The position numbers and the translations under genes are program-made. Of a stretch of 64,000 nt of DNA, positions 1-12,533 are shown in pieces. Source of the stretch: Amphiscolops sp. MND2022 (Eukaryota); the NCBI GenBank assembly GCA_964187785.1, contig OZ076409.1:95730001-95794000 (forward strand). The letters run 5' to 3'. Every line of letters begins with the position of its first letter. Position 1 is the stretch's first letter. The notes beneath the pieces were generated by a model. It saw only the letters and a list, made by a program, of their open reading frames with translations, was not told the origin of the DNA and searched no databases.

Positions 1-460
1 CTACCAAGTGAAAACAGGATCCGTGATTTCTAGAAATTTAGCTGTAAAACGAAATGGCCCATTTTCTCATTATATTAACTCCAAAATTATTCCGGTTATT
101 ATTCAGCAAAATCGCCCCAATAATCTAAAGAAAGGAGAGTTTACGTTTGGAACAATTGAAAAAAGTTTCATCAAAGTCTATGCATACGCCTATTACTTTC
201 AAACTTCAATATGCTATTTTTTCGATTGTGTCTTTTTGAGATCCAATGTGGGCTGTTTATCGGTTTTCAATCAAATAATTTTTCTGGGAAAACGACAATG
301 AAAAACTTGCTTTCGAGCACTAATATTTAAAATTTTAGCCCTATCGAAAAAAAAATGAGACTTTTATTTCAATCACGAAAGTCAAACGAGCATTTTGAGC
401 TACTGGCTGTCTTTCACAGAGAACGAGCTAACCCATCCGTTTGAAAAAAATGTGCTCTTT

Positions 461-627
461 CTCGTTTAAAAAAAAAGAATTATTTCCGGGATTGTTTCCA
501 AAGAAGTCACATGATTACAGGGTTACTCACAAATGGCAGAGGTATACCTCTGCCATTTGTGAGTAACCCTGTAATCATGTGACTTCTTTGGAAACATTCC
601 CGGAAATAATTCTTTTTTTTAAACGAG
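461..627. repeat. Near-perfect loopless palindrome (167 bp), palindromic MITE-like
   Basis: Arms 461-544 and 545-627 are reverse complements (1 mismatch, 1 indel in the A/T run); centre GGTA|TACC. Confidence 0.9.
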
Positions 628-640
628 GTACCTTTTTTAA

Positions 641-845
641 AAAATACCTGCTAAGACAAAAGCATGAGAAAGCAACCGTTACTGAAATGATACCCTTAAT
701 ACAGTTACTACGCCAATTCAAGAGTTATTGCCAGTTCTTTTATAAAAGACCTGGCAATAACTCTTGAATTTGCGTAGTAACTGTATTAAGGGTATCATTT
801 CAGTAACGGTTGCTTTCTCATGCTTTTGGTCTTAGCAGGTATTTT
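641..845. repeat. Second near-perfect loopless palindrome (about 205 bp), MITE-like with TA-CC...GG-TA ends
   Basis: TACCTGCTAAGAC...GTCTTAGCAGGTA; centre TTTTA|TAAAA at 742/743; 2 mismatches and 1 indel. Confidence 0.9.
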
Positions 846-850
846 ATCTA

Positions 851-1612
851 CAGTAGCGTTCTAAAATATCGAAACACCATTGCTTAAAATTACTATTTTC
901 AAATCCAAATATCTTTGAAACTGTCACAAATACAAAACATTGTCAACGAAAGTTTCTTAGAATTTTATCTAGTTTACAAAAGTGTTTATTTGAAGTTTCT
1001 GTGATAAAAATTACAAAAGTTAGAAATTGGAAATTTTGACTAAAATTCATCAAATTTCCACTTTTCCTTGATTTTCACAAAGTTGAATAAATTATTATGA
1101 AAAATTTTCAGCCAATCATTTGCCCCCAAATCTCCCGAGAATGCTGACATGATTTGATTGAAAAACTTTTTCGGTTTCAAATAAAAATCATCAATTTTCT
1201 AAATGCAATTCTTATAGCCTATCTTAATACATGTACTTCAGTGCTCATAGACAGAAAGAAAATACAGTGAATTTTTTCTTCTGATTCGAAACAAATTCTC
1301 GATCAAAAACAATTCAGTATGTTCGGGAGATTATAGAGAGTCTCCGATTGAAAAAAATCCAAAAACTTTAACTCTAAGCCACTCAATTTTCGAAAAAACT
1401 CAAATTTCATTTAAAATTTTCTAAAATTTGCATTTTCTAACCTTTTCAGTATGGGTCGTAGAAATTTCAAACAAACATTTTTGTAAACTAGATAAAATTC
1501 TAAGAAACTTTTGTAGCTGGCAAGTTTTTGTATTCGTGACAGTTTGCGAGATATTTGGTTTTGAATTTTGCCATTTTAAGCAATGAGGTTGCGATATTTT
1601 AGAACGCTACTG
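851..1612. mobile_element. Tc1/mariner-type MITE with long TIRs
   Basis: TA|CAGTAGCGTTCTAAAATATCG...CGATATTTTAGAACGCTACTG|TA; a partial second copy starts at about 14884. Confidence 0.85.
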
Positions 1613-2005
1613 TAATATGTGTAACATGATGCAATGTTGACTAATATTTAAAAGTAGTAGATTACAACTCTACCAAACAGATGTTGTTGTACCACTCAAA
1701 GCTGAACTTGAAAAAACTGAAAGGAATTTTAAAAACAGAAGTTCAAATTATTCGCACAGTTTTTCTCCGTTCATTTGAACAAAATTGAATTGAATTTGAT
1801 AAATTTTTATGTGAAATGAAACAATATCAAATCCTTTTAGTTAAACAAGACTGAATTAAATATACCGAGAAATAGTCAACCTCATGGACCGTATGCTGAA
1901 ATTTTTACAATACAAGCAAAGATTGCTCGACTCCTATATGCCTGGAACTGATTCCGTTCAGTTCGTCTCAATAAGTGGATTTAATAGAACAACTCCCCAT
2001 AGTAC

Positions 2006-2943
2006 AACAAGACGCCCGCTAAGCACCGGGATATTTTCCACCCTCTTCGCCTTCACCAACTGAGCCGTAGCTATTTTAGGAGGGTTCCAGGGAATAGGAT
2101 ATGAAGAATAAGATCTAAAATTTAGTGATTTTAGATCTTTTTCCTTTTAGATCTTACTCCCGCCCTGAAATTTTAGATCGTATTCCCTTTAGATCTTATT
2201 CCCTTTTTTGACTTTAGATATTGTTCCCCCTGTATCCTATTTTACCCTAGTTGAAGCTGCCGGAAAGTTTTTCATGTTGCATCCATGCAAGCTTTTCTAA
2301 ATTGATAAACATAGAAAATACTCAGAGCACGCATGGAGAATTTTTATAGGATTACAATGCAGCTTCCACTATTTCAATTAAAACAGAAAACATTTCCACT
2401 TCTTCAAGGCCGCGATCATTTTGTTTTCACGCGTAAGTTTCTCAAGTAAGTACCTTATGTGATCACCGTTAGTCAAATAGCACGCTGAATATGACGCTAC
2501 TTTGAAACTTATAATGTGACTGAAGTTTATTTGAATTGAAATTGGGGTAAAATTGATGAAAGTTTCAGCTGCTTTTAAAATTAGAGCCGCTGCTTGATGA
2601 AACCTGCAAAACGTCGCGGCTTGTAATTGGCGCCAATTTTAGGATGCATCTTCAAGGCAGCTTGATAAAATTAAATTGAATCAGTGAAATTTTAATGCTT
2701 GGAAGTCTCCTAGAGAAATTAATGAAATCATGGAAAATTAGCTTGGTAACCTACAAAAACTTGTAAAAAGTTCAAGCAGTTTCAACCAGGGTAGTTACTT
2801 GACTATTTTAGTTACTAGTAGCTATATAAAATAGTCAAGTAATCAAAAGGTGGAGGTTGTGGAGATTTGGAAAAATTTGGAAAAAACGCGTCACAGATCA
2901 TGATTTTCCTCCCCCATTTATAAAATGTGGGGTCGGAAAATAA
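2006..2943 (-). mobile_element. HINE-like element (family B) with an A-box remnant and a nested MITE (about 2245-2792)
   Basis: AACAAGA + CCCG..CGGG hairpin + TATTTTCC at one end, GGAAAATAA at the other; same ends as 12309-12533. Confidence 0.55.
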
Positions 2944-3009
2944 TTGGACGAAGAACAGCATTCAATAGGCTCGGTGGCGGAAACAGCACTACAAAAGCTG
3001 ACGAAGGAG

Positions 3010-3036
3010 CATATATATATATATATATATATATAT
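3010..3036. repeat. (AT)n microsatellite
   Basis: Uninterrupted ATATAT run. Confidence 0.95.
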
Positions 3037-3154
3037 CAATACGATTGTGAAGAAAATCCGCTTCGGACGGGGAAATAAAGAAACGTAGACCTCCATTAAA
3101 CATTGAAGAGAAAGCCAAAGTTTAGTGACTAGGCATTGTCCGCTCATTCATTAC

Positions 3155-3574
3155 CAGGAACCGTTAAAAAAGTGTTTACTTTTTTTTTTACTTTTTTAAA
3201 CTTTTTTCGGCATCGAAAACCTCTTTTACTTTCACTTTTTTCATCATTTTTCACTCAAAATTTTACTTATTCAACATGTTTATAGGCAAAATGATAGGTG
3301 AAAAGTTTCGGAAAATTTCAAATGAAAATTTTTGGAAATTTTATCAAACGATGACAATAACTTTCAAATTTTCCCTTTGAAAACTAAATTTATTCCCAGA
3401 ATTATCTCGAAAATAGCTATCCAAGCTGAAAAATCATGCCATTTCCGAAGATTTTTCGTTAAAATATGAGGTTTGTTTCGTTTTCAAACAACTTATTTTC
3501 TTACTTTTTTGCCGAAAACTTTTACTTAAAGAAGTACTTTTTCAGCTGATATTTTTACTTTTTTACGGTTCCTG
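3155..3574. mobile_element. hAT-type MITE
   Basis: TIR CAGGAACCGT...ACGGTTCCTG, 8-bp TSD TTCATTAC. Confidence 0.85.
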
Positions 3575-3883
3575 TTCATTACATTGAATCTCACAAGACA
3601 CATGCCAGCGAAAAGAAAGTGACAAATATGTTTTGTGGCTTAGTGATTGACACGATGTCGTAAATTGGACGCGATTTGATTGGACACGATGTCGTAAATG
3701 CAACAAAGTATTTTATTGCTGAGTTTGGCATCAAAATACATACAAATGAAGCCAAGGAAGATCTTTGAAAGGCAAAAGTGCGTTTCGCAATGTCAATGGC
3801 AAACGCAGACCGAGTATCACATTTTGCATTGCCGCGTCAAATGAAAAGGGACTCACCCGCTTCCAGGAAAAACAGTGGAGCGG

Positions 3884-4362
3884 TTTTTAGTCGGCGCGTC
3901 ATGAAGTGAAACGCGACTATTATAGTGACTCTTTTTTTTCTATCCAGACGAACTGACCAAATGGTTCTTAAAAGTTCTACAAAACATTATTGCATCAAAT
4001 TGCACTTTTTGGCCTACCGAACTGAACCAAAAAGGTTTTTCCTGTTTTTCCGCGTAACATACCATACCGGGCGAGACCAAAGGGTCCCCCCTTTCATTTT
4101 TTTTCGGCACTGCGAGACTTTTTTTCGGAAAAAAAATTTCCCCAAAGGGCCCCCCTGCATTTTTAAAAATGTTTTGTGACAGAATGGATGTTCAAAAATC
4201 CCAAGGGTCCCCCCTTTCAGTTTTTTTCGGCATTGTGAGATTTTTTTGAACAATTTTTTTCATAAAAGGGTCCCCAATTCACCAATACTTTGACATTTTG
4301 AAGTCCTTTTGCTATTTTTGAGACTTGGATATGGCGCCGACTTGGGCCGGTCCCGGCTTGTT
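3884..4362 (+). mobile_element. Helentron-associated non-autonomous element (HINE/DINE-like, family A)
   Basis: 5' TTTTTAGTCGGCGC subTIR, internal GGGTCCCCC-containing tandem units, 3' GCGCCGACT subTIR + GCCGG..CCGGC hairpin + TTGTT; no TSD. Confidence 0.75.
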
Positions 4363-5153
4363 TCTTTTTCCATGGAATTTTCATGTGTGAATGAGGTGAT
4401 GATTGATTGCTATGCCTCTGGAATGTTTTTTGACAAGGCAAAACTGCACATCAGCATAGCCGATGCAAATCTTCAGGGAGACTCCCTAAGTATTCCTTGT
4501 TTCTCAACATGGCCAAAAATGCCATAAGCTGCTGGAAACAGGCCATAAAAGATTTATTTGGAACTTTATGACGTCAACACTCAATGTACTAATAAGACCA
4601 AAATGTTTCACCTGATATATCCATTCGATTCTTACCTTCCGACATGTCTGGGGCGGCGCTGAGAAATAAAAGGTTGATGTTTTCTGTATTTGTCCTGAGA
4701 TTGTATTTCTTGTTCCGAGTTTTAAAATCCTTAAAATAAAACCAGAGAATTGTTTAAATTGATATGAGTTTGGATTTTTTGATCTTAGTTAGCGTTTTTT
4801 TGTTTAAAATCTAATTAAATTCAGGTTGACATAGTATAATTACAGGTTTGTGTTTGTTAATTGGGCAGATTTTATTAATGCTTTGGTGTTTTGTCGTCAT
4901 AAGGACTCTCTTTTTAATTCCTCTCCTGTGTTTCTCCATACCCTTTCATACACATGGTTTATAGCTTTGTTACTTGATTGAGTTTTCTTTTATGTTGTTA
5001 GCATTTTCGTGTATTCATACTGTGGCGGAGTTGAAATAATTCGAATATAAGGATATATCTTCATCATTCCGACCACCCTAGGACGTTGCTGTATCCTAAT
5101 TAACCAGTTTATGTGTTCTGTGTATATGGGTTATATGGGCGTTGAACTCGCAG

Positions 5154-5328
5154 GTTGTTTGGGTGCTACGAAGCGCTGATGGGGGGCTCCATTGAGGAGG
5201 GACTGGCGGACTTCACGGGGGGCATCACGGAACAGGTGGACCTGCAGACGGACGGCACTGTGGAGGAGATCTACGCCATCATCAACAAGGCCTTCTCCCG
5301 CAAGTCTCTCATGGGCTGCTCCATTCCC
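5154..5328 (+). CDS. Calpain exon (protease core, KLFGCYEAL...DFTGG...SLMGCSI)
   Basis: cag| acceptor, |gtgagc donor; matches the calpain CysPc motif AKLxGxYEALxGG...DFTGG. Confidence 0.95.
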
Positions 5329-5528
5329 GTGAGCAGAAGACTACTCAAACTTTTTTAAAAAAAGAACAAAAAAACATTTATAAGACTGTGAAAGGAATCA
5401 AGGCGGCTACTAATGGGTTATACTGGGTTGTCAACCCGCTTCTACTTACTACTCCAGCCCTACTCCAATTTTTGTGACATCAGAAGTAGTCTGTATTGAG
5501 AAGAAATCAATGCTGCGTGTTTAGACAG

Positions 5529-5878
5529 AACAAGCCGGGACCCGCCCAAGTCGGAGCCACATCTAAGGCTCAAAAATAGCAGAAGGACTTCAAAGTGTCA
5601 GGGTATTCTCTTCTACTGCACCCGAAAATTTTTTTGAAAAAAGCTCGCAATGCCGAAAAAACTGAAAGATGGGGATTCTTTGGTCTCGTCCGGTATTGTA
5701 TGTTACGCAGGAAACCTTTTTGGTTTAGTTCCTTGGGCCAACAGGGGCAATTAAAACTTTTGTAGAACCTTTAATAGAACTATTTTGGTCACTTCAAAAA
5801 ATTTTTTTTAATGGAAAACACACTGACGAAAAGCCATGACTATAGTCGGCCCTTTTCAGGAAAAGCGCCGACTAAAAA
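5529..5878 (-). mobile_element. HINE family A copy
   Basis: AACAAGCCGGG hairpin end...AAAAGCGCCGACTAAAAA. Confidence 0.75.
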
Positions 5879-6193
5879 GCCGAGTTGATCACTGAAAACC
5901 AAACACGCGACAGCTGGGGAATATAGCGCATATACTCGGTATCAAAAGTGTTCTACGTCTTGTCAAACTTCCGAGTCAAATTTCCGTATTGGCTTCTAGA
6001 TTTTGATGAAAATTTTTGATACTTCTGCGATTAGTGATTTGACCTGTATTACCGTAGCTTGTATCGTTACTCGAGTATTCAATTAAAGATACCAGAAAAT
6101 ACATAAACGATTGTTTTCCACAAAACCGGACAAGTTCTGCCTGTATTATAAATTATCGGAAAGCGTGTAAACTTATAGAGCACGCATTAGAAA

Positions 6194-6400
6194 TTGCCTC
6201 AATCAAACCTAACAAAATGGAATGCGGAGTTCAGGTTAATCAAAACGATCTTATCAAACAGTGATTCTGTCAACAGCTCGCTTGCTAGTTGTCGGTTTGG
6301 TTCGCTCGAACTAAGCACTCATGAAAAGCAGACATTGGGCGAAATTCTAGATGTTTTAGATTTTTTATTTCTCTCCATTAAGAATATTTTAGGAAATACA
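6194..6400 (+). pseudogene. hAT transposase fragment
   Basis: TKWNAEFRLIKTIL...LSTHEKQTLGEILDVL resembles the hAT TRWNS...L..E...L..L block; short and isolated. Confidence 0.5.
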
Positions 6401-6782
6401 CAAAAAAAGATGAAAGATACTGCTTACGGCATTCTAGTATCTCCGAATACCTACCACATTACGACGCATAACCTTACACTTTTTGAAAACAACGGAATCG
6501 ACTGCTAACCGCAGGTAGGACCCACCAGACCTGGAATCCGCTGTTTTAAAGACGGATTTCAAAGTCACACTTTATAACACGTGCAGCGGAATCTGCTTGC
6601 ATTTTTTCTGGATTCCGGGTATAAATCATTTTACATTGAAGTTTTAGTGAATTTCGGAGGCCAATCTGATCACATTAGACAGCAGTGGATTCCGCAGTTA
6701 CTGTACCGGAATCCGGGATCACATAATATTACCCAGCATAAAAACAGCGGATTCCAGGGACAAGCTTTCGTAATGTAGATGG

Positions 6783-7280
6783 AACAAGACGAGAACGCCT
6801 CAAGTCGGCGCTATATCTAAGGCTCAAAAAGCGCAAAACATTTTTTTTTGGAAAAAAACTTGAAATTGTCGAAAAAAAATTTCTTTCGGAAAATGTCGGA
6901 CAGTGCCGAAAAATGTAAAAGGGGGACCCTTTTTGAATTATAAACACGCATTCTGTAGCAAAATAACAAAAAACTCAAAGGGGGGACCCTTTGGGGACAT
7001 TAAAAAAAATTCGAAAAAAAATCTCACAGCACCGAAAAAAAATCGAAAGGGGGGGGGGTACGAAACTTTAGTCCCGCCCGGGCTTGTATGTAACGTTTAA
7101 AAAGTAAATGAATGCGCTCCCCGTTTGCCTTTAGCGGTCCAGTAGTTTAGTACTTATTTAGTGGTTGAACGTTAATTTTAACGTTCGTCGCTTCGAGTCT
7201 GTCTTAAATAAAAAAAAAGAAAAAAAAACGAGTGACTGTAATAGTCGGGCTTTTTTCTTAAGAAAAACGCCGACTAAAAA
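6783..7280 (-). mobile_element. HINE family A copy
   Basis: Same termini; closely similar to 36416-36907 and 51495-51984. Confidence 0.8.
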
Positions 7281-7469
7281 CAGCGGAATCCACTGATGCA
7301 ACTGCTGCATACACAAAATGTTGGATGTTATACTTAAAATACCAAGTACCGAAACTTTTAAACACGTCAAATTACGGCCTGTAATGCAATTATTGTAAAT
7401 TAGGTGTGACAAAAAACCTTTCAATTATTAGCAAGACGCTTTTGGTTGGGGCGCTTTTAGCTGGGGTGC

Positions 7470-8203
7470 TTTTTAGTCGGCGCTTTTAATAATAAGAGCC
7501 CGACTATTACAGTCACTCGTTTTTTTTTCTTTTTTTAAGACAGACTCGAAGCGACGAACGTTAAAATTAACGTTCAACTACTAATTACAGTACTAAACCA
7601 CTGGACCGGCAGACGGGGAGCGCATTTAGGATAGTGCAAAGGGTCCCCTTTTCAGTTACTCCATTTTTATTGTAAGATACAAAACCGGACGAGACTATAG
7701 GGTCCCCCCTTTGAGTTTTTTTCGGCACTGTGCGACTTTTTTTCCGAATTTTTTTTTGTCTCCAAAGGGTCCCCCTTCAATTTTTTAAATATTTTGTAAC
7801 ATAATAGATATTAAACAATCCCAAAGGGTACCCTATTTTAGATTTTTCGGCACTATGAGACTGTCCAAAATGGTCATTTTTTGTCTGGAATTAGGTTTTC
7901 TCAGTATATATTTACCAATAAATTTTCCAAAACTATCCGAAACTTGGACGTAATATCCTGAGTAAAGCGCTATGTCCGAATTTTTGACGTTATATCCGAA
8001 CTATATTCCGTTTTACCAAGGAGGCGGATGTTCAAAAAGCGCTCCCATTTGGGCCAGCACGCTATATCCGAAGTTTGAGACGTTACACCCCGCAACAAAT
8101 TGGATTTTCAAAGATCCCAAAGGGTCCCCCTTTTACAATTTCAAAAAGTTTGAGCTTTTTGAGCCTTAGATATGGCGCCGACTTTAGACGTTCCCGTCTT
8201 GTT
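7470..8203 (+). mobile_element. HINE family A copy with a degenerate TATCCGAA minisatellite
   Basis: TTTTAGTCGGCGC...GCGCCGACTTTAGACGTTCCCGTCTTGTT; inverted relative to 6783-7280. Confidence 0.8.
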
Positions 8204-8287
8204 CGTCAGGACATAGAATCAAGTGATTGAATTGATAACACTTATGAACTTAATTGGAATTCAAACTCACTCGAATTGATGTTTCAG

Positions 8288-8371
8288 GCAGAGTCGCGGA
8301 AAGATATTGAGTCTAAACTGGACAATGGCTTAGTACGGGGACACGCCTATAGCATCACTGGCTTAGTTCAA
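8288..8371 (+). CDS. Calpain exon with catalytic His (AESRKDIESKLDNGLVRGHAYSITGLVQ)
   Basis: tttcag| ... |gttagt; 84 nt, in phase; GLVxGHAYSIT motif. Confidence 0.95.
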
Positions 8372-8837
8372 GTTAGTTTCAACACTTTCTGAGTCTCTCA
8401 TTTCATCCTATAATCCTGAATTTACAGCAGCTTTGAATTTGATCGCTTCAATAGGCAAGTTTTCGCTTTGCCTGAAACCCGTGAAGAACAGACAAATTGT
8501 CAGTCGAAAAACTTAGTCTGCAACTTCAAAATTACTCTTTTGTAACAGACTAGAGACTAAACATACCCATTTCAAGACCAAGTTTGCGCAGACATTTCAA
8601 TAAACCAACAAGTTTAATTATAATTACTAAAACAGTTAAATCGCCTTTTAACTTACTGGTTATTCCTGAACTCTTATGCCATTTAGTTCTCGCCCACTTT
8701 GACTACAAGGAACATAGTAAGTACCCACTGGAAACTGGTAAATGTTGCATGTCTGTACAACAAAGTAGAACAACATTGGGGGTGTTGTATCCTTCTTCAA
8801 ATTGTTCCCAAACTGAATATAATATAAGTTATAACTT

Positions 8838-10838
8838 CCCAGTGTTCGAAGCCATGGTACCCTTCCAAGATCCATGGCAAGTTCCTTGTTAGCCTTGCCA
8901 AGATCTTGCCATGATCTTGCCATGATCTTGGCAAGGATATCATGGCCATTCAAGATCGTGCAAAGGCTAACCATGATTAACCATGACCATTAGCGAAACT
9001 TTTGGAAAATTCCGAGCTCTCATTTTCAAATTGTCACTAGTATCTAAAAATTTGTTCGGACCAAAAAACATTTATAGGGTTAAACAGAAGAAAAATTGAT
9101 ACTCTAGACACTAAAGGAAAAACGTTTGTGCTCCGACCATTTTAAGTTTTTATTGCATTCTCGAATTTCAGTAATTAGAACCCGTTACCTCAATAGATAA
9201 GGTGATAGCAGGAAAATTTGGTTTTCACACCGATATCGCAAACCTCGCAAAACTCGGTCAATAGGTGCAGCAAAGTACTGAGCAAGTTTTGGATAATTTT
9301 TGTTGTATTCCACAAGAATATCTCAAAAAAAGAATGTTAAGCTGAATGTTCTACTCTGTACTGTAATATAATAACGTTCAAGTGAAGAGGTCAGCTTCTA
9401 AATGTTAGTTCATAGCTATTGGCAGGTATTAAAGTGTCATTAACTAAATGTAATTTTAAGTGGCAGTAATTACATGATTGACATCATGTCACACTCCCCC
9501 TTTTACAACATAAATGGTACATTAAGTACGAAAGCACGAAACTTACAAAACTTAAATTTAAAAACGGTTATATAGTGAGCACCGAATTGTCAAATTGTTT
9601 TTGTTTGTTTTAATTACGGTATCTACCGTAAGCGCTTTTCTTTTTCTTTCCATCATTTGAATTGTTCGATTCGTTTAATAGGTCATACATGTGTTCATGT
9701 ATTAATGTTGTGATAGTTTCTATGGTCATATCACTCTTCCGAATTTTCTTCTTCAATTCGTAGTCGCCTGTTGATCGTCCAATCACAGAAAGGAATTTTG
9801 AGGCACTTAATTCGACTGGTGTCACATTCTCGAACCCGCAATTTTTCTCTACTAGTATAATTCTAGTCCACACGTCTTCTGCTGTTTCATGTTTTTCTCT
9901 AGTTATTCCAAAGAAGTCTGCTCTGCTGTGGAACTTCTTTCGTTCCGGTATGAAGTGTAACCGGAACAGTGAATACAATTGGTTAATGTCTTTTTTTTGG
10001 ATCATTATCTCTAACGGTTCTTGTCATTTCCGTTATGGCTGACTCGCCAGTGCCCAAACAAATAAATCTTAGATCCCGTGTTCCAGATCGTCTCTGTAGT
10101 TCGGCAATATTTCACGGTCCGTTCTCATTTCATTGAGGTCGATATTTTGCGTCATCTTTATATACTGGGTAAATCTTCTCCACCATAGCTTTGCCTCTTG
10201 TATTCCTCGTTTCTCGAACGTTGGTAATGTAATTTTTTGATGAGTTTTTTCTGTTTTGTCATTTGCTCTTTCGGGGATTTCTCCGCTTGAAGAGCTTGTA
10301 CTTTCTGATGATTTCGAAATTTCCATCTTGCTTACTGCGCCATGTTGTATTCCTCAGAAATATCTCAATAAAAGAATGTTAAGCTGAATGTTCTATTCTG
10401 AACTGTAATATAATAAAATTCAAGTGAATAGGTCAGCCTCTAAATGTTAGTTCATAGCTATTGGCAGGTATTAAAGTGTCATTAGCTAAATGTAATTTAA
10501 GTGGCAGTAAGTACATGATTGACATCATGTCACAATTTTCAATTAAAAAACTATTTTCAATCAATAAACTTTATGTCCGAAGTTATTACAATGGCTAATT
10601 CAGAAATTGCAGACGACAAGGAATTTTTGCGAAAAGAATAAATTATGCACAATTAATACCAGCTAACATGTCTTACCATGGTTATCTTGTAAAGAGTTTG
10701 TCATGATCTTTCCATGCTCTTGACAAGCGTTCCATGTATCATGATATGTCATGATCTTGACAAGGGTACTATGGTTAACCATGATTTAGCAAGATTTACC
10801 ATGATCATGGCAAGGGTTCTATGGCATCGAACACTGGG
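8838..10838. mobile_element. TIR element (CCCAGTGTTCGA...TCGAACACTGGG) with CATG-rich subterminal repeats; hosts the LTR element
   Basis: Terminal inverted repeats; a related end occurs at about 15852-16200. Confidence 0.7.
9301..10534 (-). mobile_element. Compact non-autonomous Ty3/Gypsy-type LTR element with frameshifted gag only
   Basis: LTRs 9301-9493 and 10343-10534 (TG..CA), 5-bp TSD ATTTT, PBS TGGCGCAGTAAGCAAG, PPT AAAAGGGGGAG; gag-like ORFs 10069-10326 and 9610-10005. Confidence 0.9.
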
Positions 10839-11241
10839 TTGGCATACAACTTTGTTCCAAAAGGCGCCCTTTAAACATTGGGATACTTTTGTTCTGAGTT
10901 GTTCTAGCAAAACAAATAAAAACATAGAAACCTTTAGAAAAATACGCCTACAATCCGTAATTCGGAAAATCGTCCAAACTTGAGCGAATTGCTCAAAAAC
11001 TGAAAAAATTTTGGGATCTTTTAGTCACTTCTTATTTAGATCTCTCACCAAATACATTTTGGATACGAAATAGTTTGCATCGTGGTTAAGTTTCATCTTG
11101 TGAATATAAACCTAGAGTATGACAAAGTTAACGTAAAAACGCGACTGAGATGTTGATTTCTATGTCTTTCAACTGAAATATAGAAGGAAAGAAGATGTTA
11201 GAAAATTTTTCTGCTTTAATTGGGTTGTTGGGTACTTGCTA

Positions 11242-11550
11242 CAGAGTTTTGACATCGCTAATTTTTTTTCGCTAATCGCTAAACCGCTAACTTCAAAATA
11301 GCTATTTCGCTAATTCGCTGAAAAGCTTTTACTTAAAACTATTAAATGTTTGAATTCAAGTATGTTTCAAAGTCCAATGATAAATTAATTCAACTTCTGC
11401 AAGAAAGTTTCTGATACTGTGTGTGTGTTTTACAAATGTAGGATTTGGAATTTTTCAGTTTCCGTTCATTTGAATCGTCAATAAAATCGTGAAAAAATTC
11501 TGCGCGGCCGCTAATTGGCTAAATCGCTGATTAGCGGTGTCAAAACTCTG
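11242..11550. mobile_element. hAT-type MITE
   Basis: TIR CAGAGTTTTGACA...TGTCAAAACTCTG, 8-bp TSD ACTTGCTA/ATTTGCTA; relatives at about 35723-36151. Confidence 0.8.
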
Positions 11551-12308
11551 ATTTGCTATACAGTGAGCCTTTGTCTTGTAGTTAGTATATGCTTTTGTTT
11601 CACCGAACACCAAAAACATAAATGCTAATTTCCCTGAAACTTATTGCGATAGAAACTAACTTAGCCTATATAGCTACACTCATTCCAAGAGTATTGGAAC
11701 GCGGTAGTGGAACGGAATATACAATCTCTCTCACGAGGAATTACATCTAACATTTTATGTTCTCATGAGTTGTTTCTCAGTTATTGCATGACAAAGATGA
11801 AAAAACCGAAAAAGCTTCAATTTAAAAGAACTACAGTTTTTCTTTGGATTTCATCACGTTTCCAGATTTCATCTGCGCCAAACAGGGAACTTCAGGTGTT
11901 TCGCTGCAAAAACATTTTGACCGTGTGCAGCGAAATGCCCTATCAAATACACCAGGGTACCAAAAAGCTAAAGACACTAATTTCGCCGACAAAAATTTCA
12001 AATCGCAATGAATTTTTACATATTGAGTTGACACAAAAATTCCAGGAGAAAAACTTTTTCTCAAATTTTCATCAAAACCGAGCCTATTCACCAATACTTA
12101 GCTTTCTAAAGTTGAGCAACTTGCATATATGAGTTTTAAAAACTGTTGCTAATCCTTTTTTTTTGAAAACAAAGTCATTCCCTAAAAAGATAGAGACTCT
12201 TGGCAAAATTTCCAAATTGGCCTTTGACGAGTTTATTGGATGACGTCATTGAGAAGTATTTAGTGAAGTAAAATGAATTTTTCAGATGTCTTAAACGTTA
12301 TAATTCAC

Positions 12309-12533
12309 AACAAGACACCCGCTGAACACCGGGATATTTTCCGCTAAAAATGTAACGCATCATCGTGGGTTCGAACTTCGTGTCTGACAGGCAGGCACAC
12401 TACCAACTGCGCCATGGTGACTAGATTTTACTATACGAGGAATGGCGTATTAAAGTGGAGTTTTGGCAGAATTTGCAAAAACGCAAAATAGATTATGATA
12501 TTCCTGCCCCATTATATGTGGGCGGAAAATAAA
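12309..12533 (-). mobile_element. HINE family B element containing a tRNA-like sequence (12358-12421, minus)
   Basis: subTIR TATTTTCCGC/GCGGAAAATA, hairpin CCCG..CGGG; the minus strand reads TGGCGCAGTTGGTAG...GTTCGAACCC (A and B boxes). Confidence 0.65.

Noticed and set aside
8..301. 97-aa ORF as an upstream calpain exon
   Set aside because: No calpain motif (QGxLGDCW, FWSALLEKAYAK) and intron-like composition.
3925..4527. Lys/Phe/Gly-rich ORFs (also at 6.7-7.1, 24.2-26.7 and 36.5 kb)
   Set aside because: Chance ORFs within HINE family A repeats.
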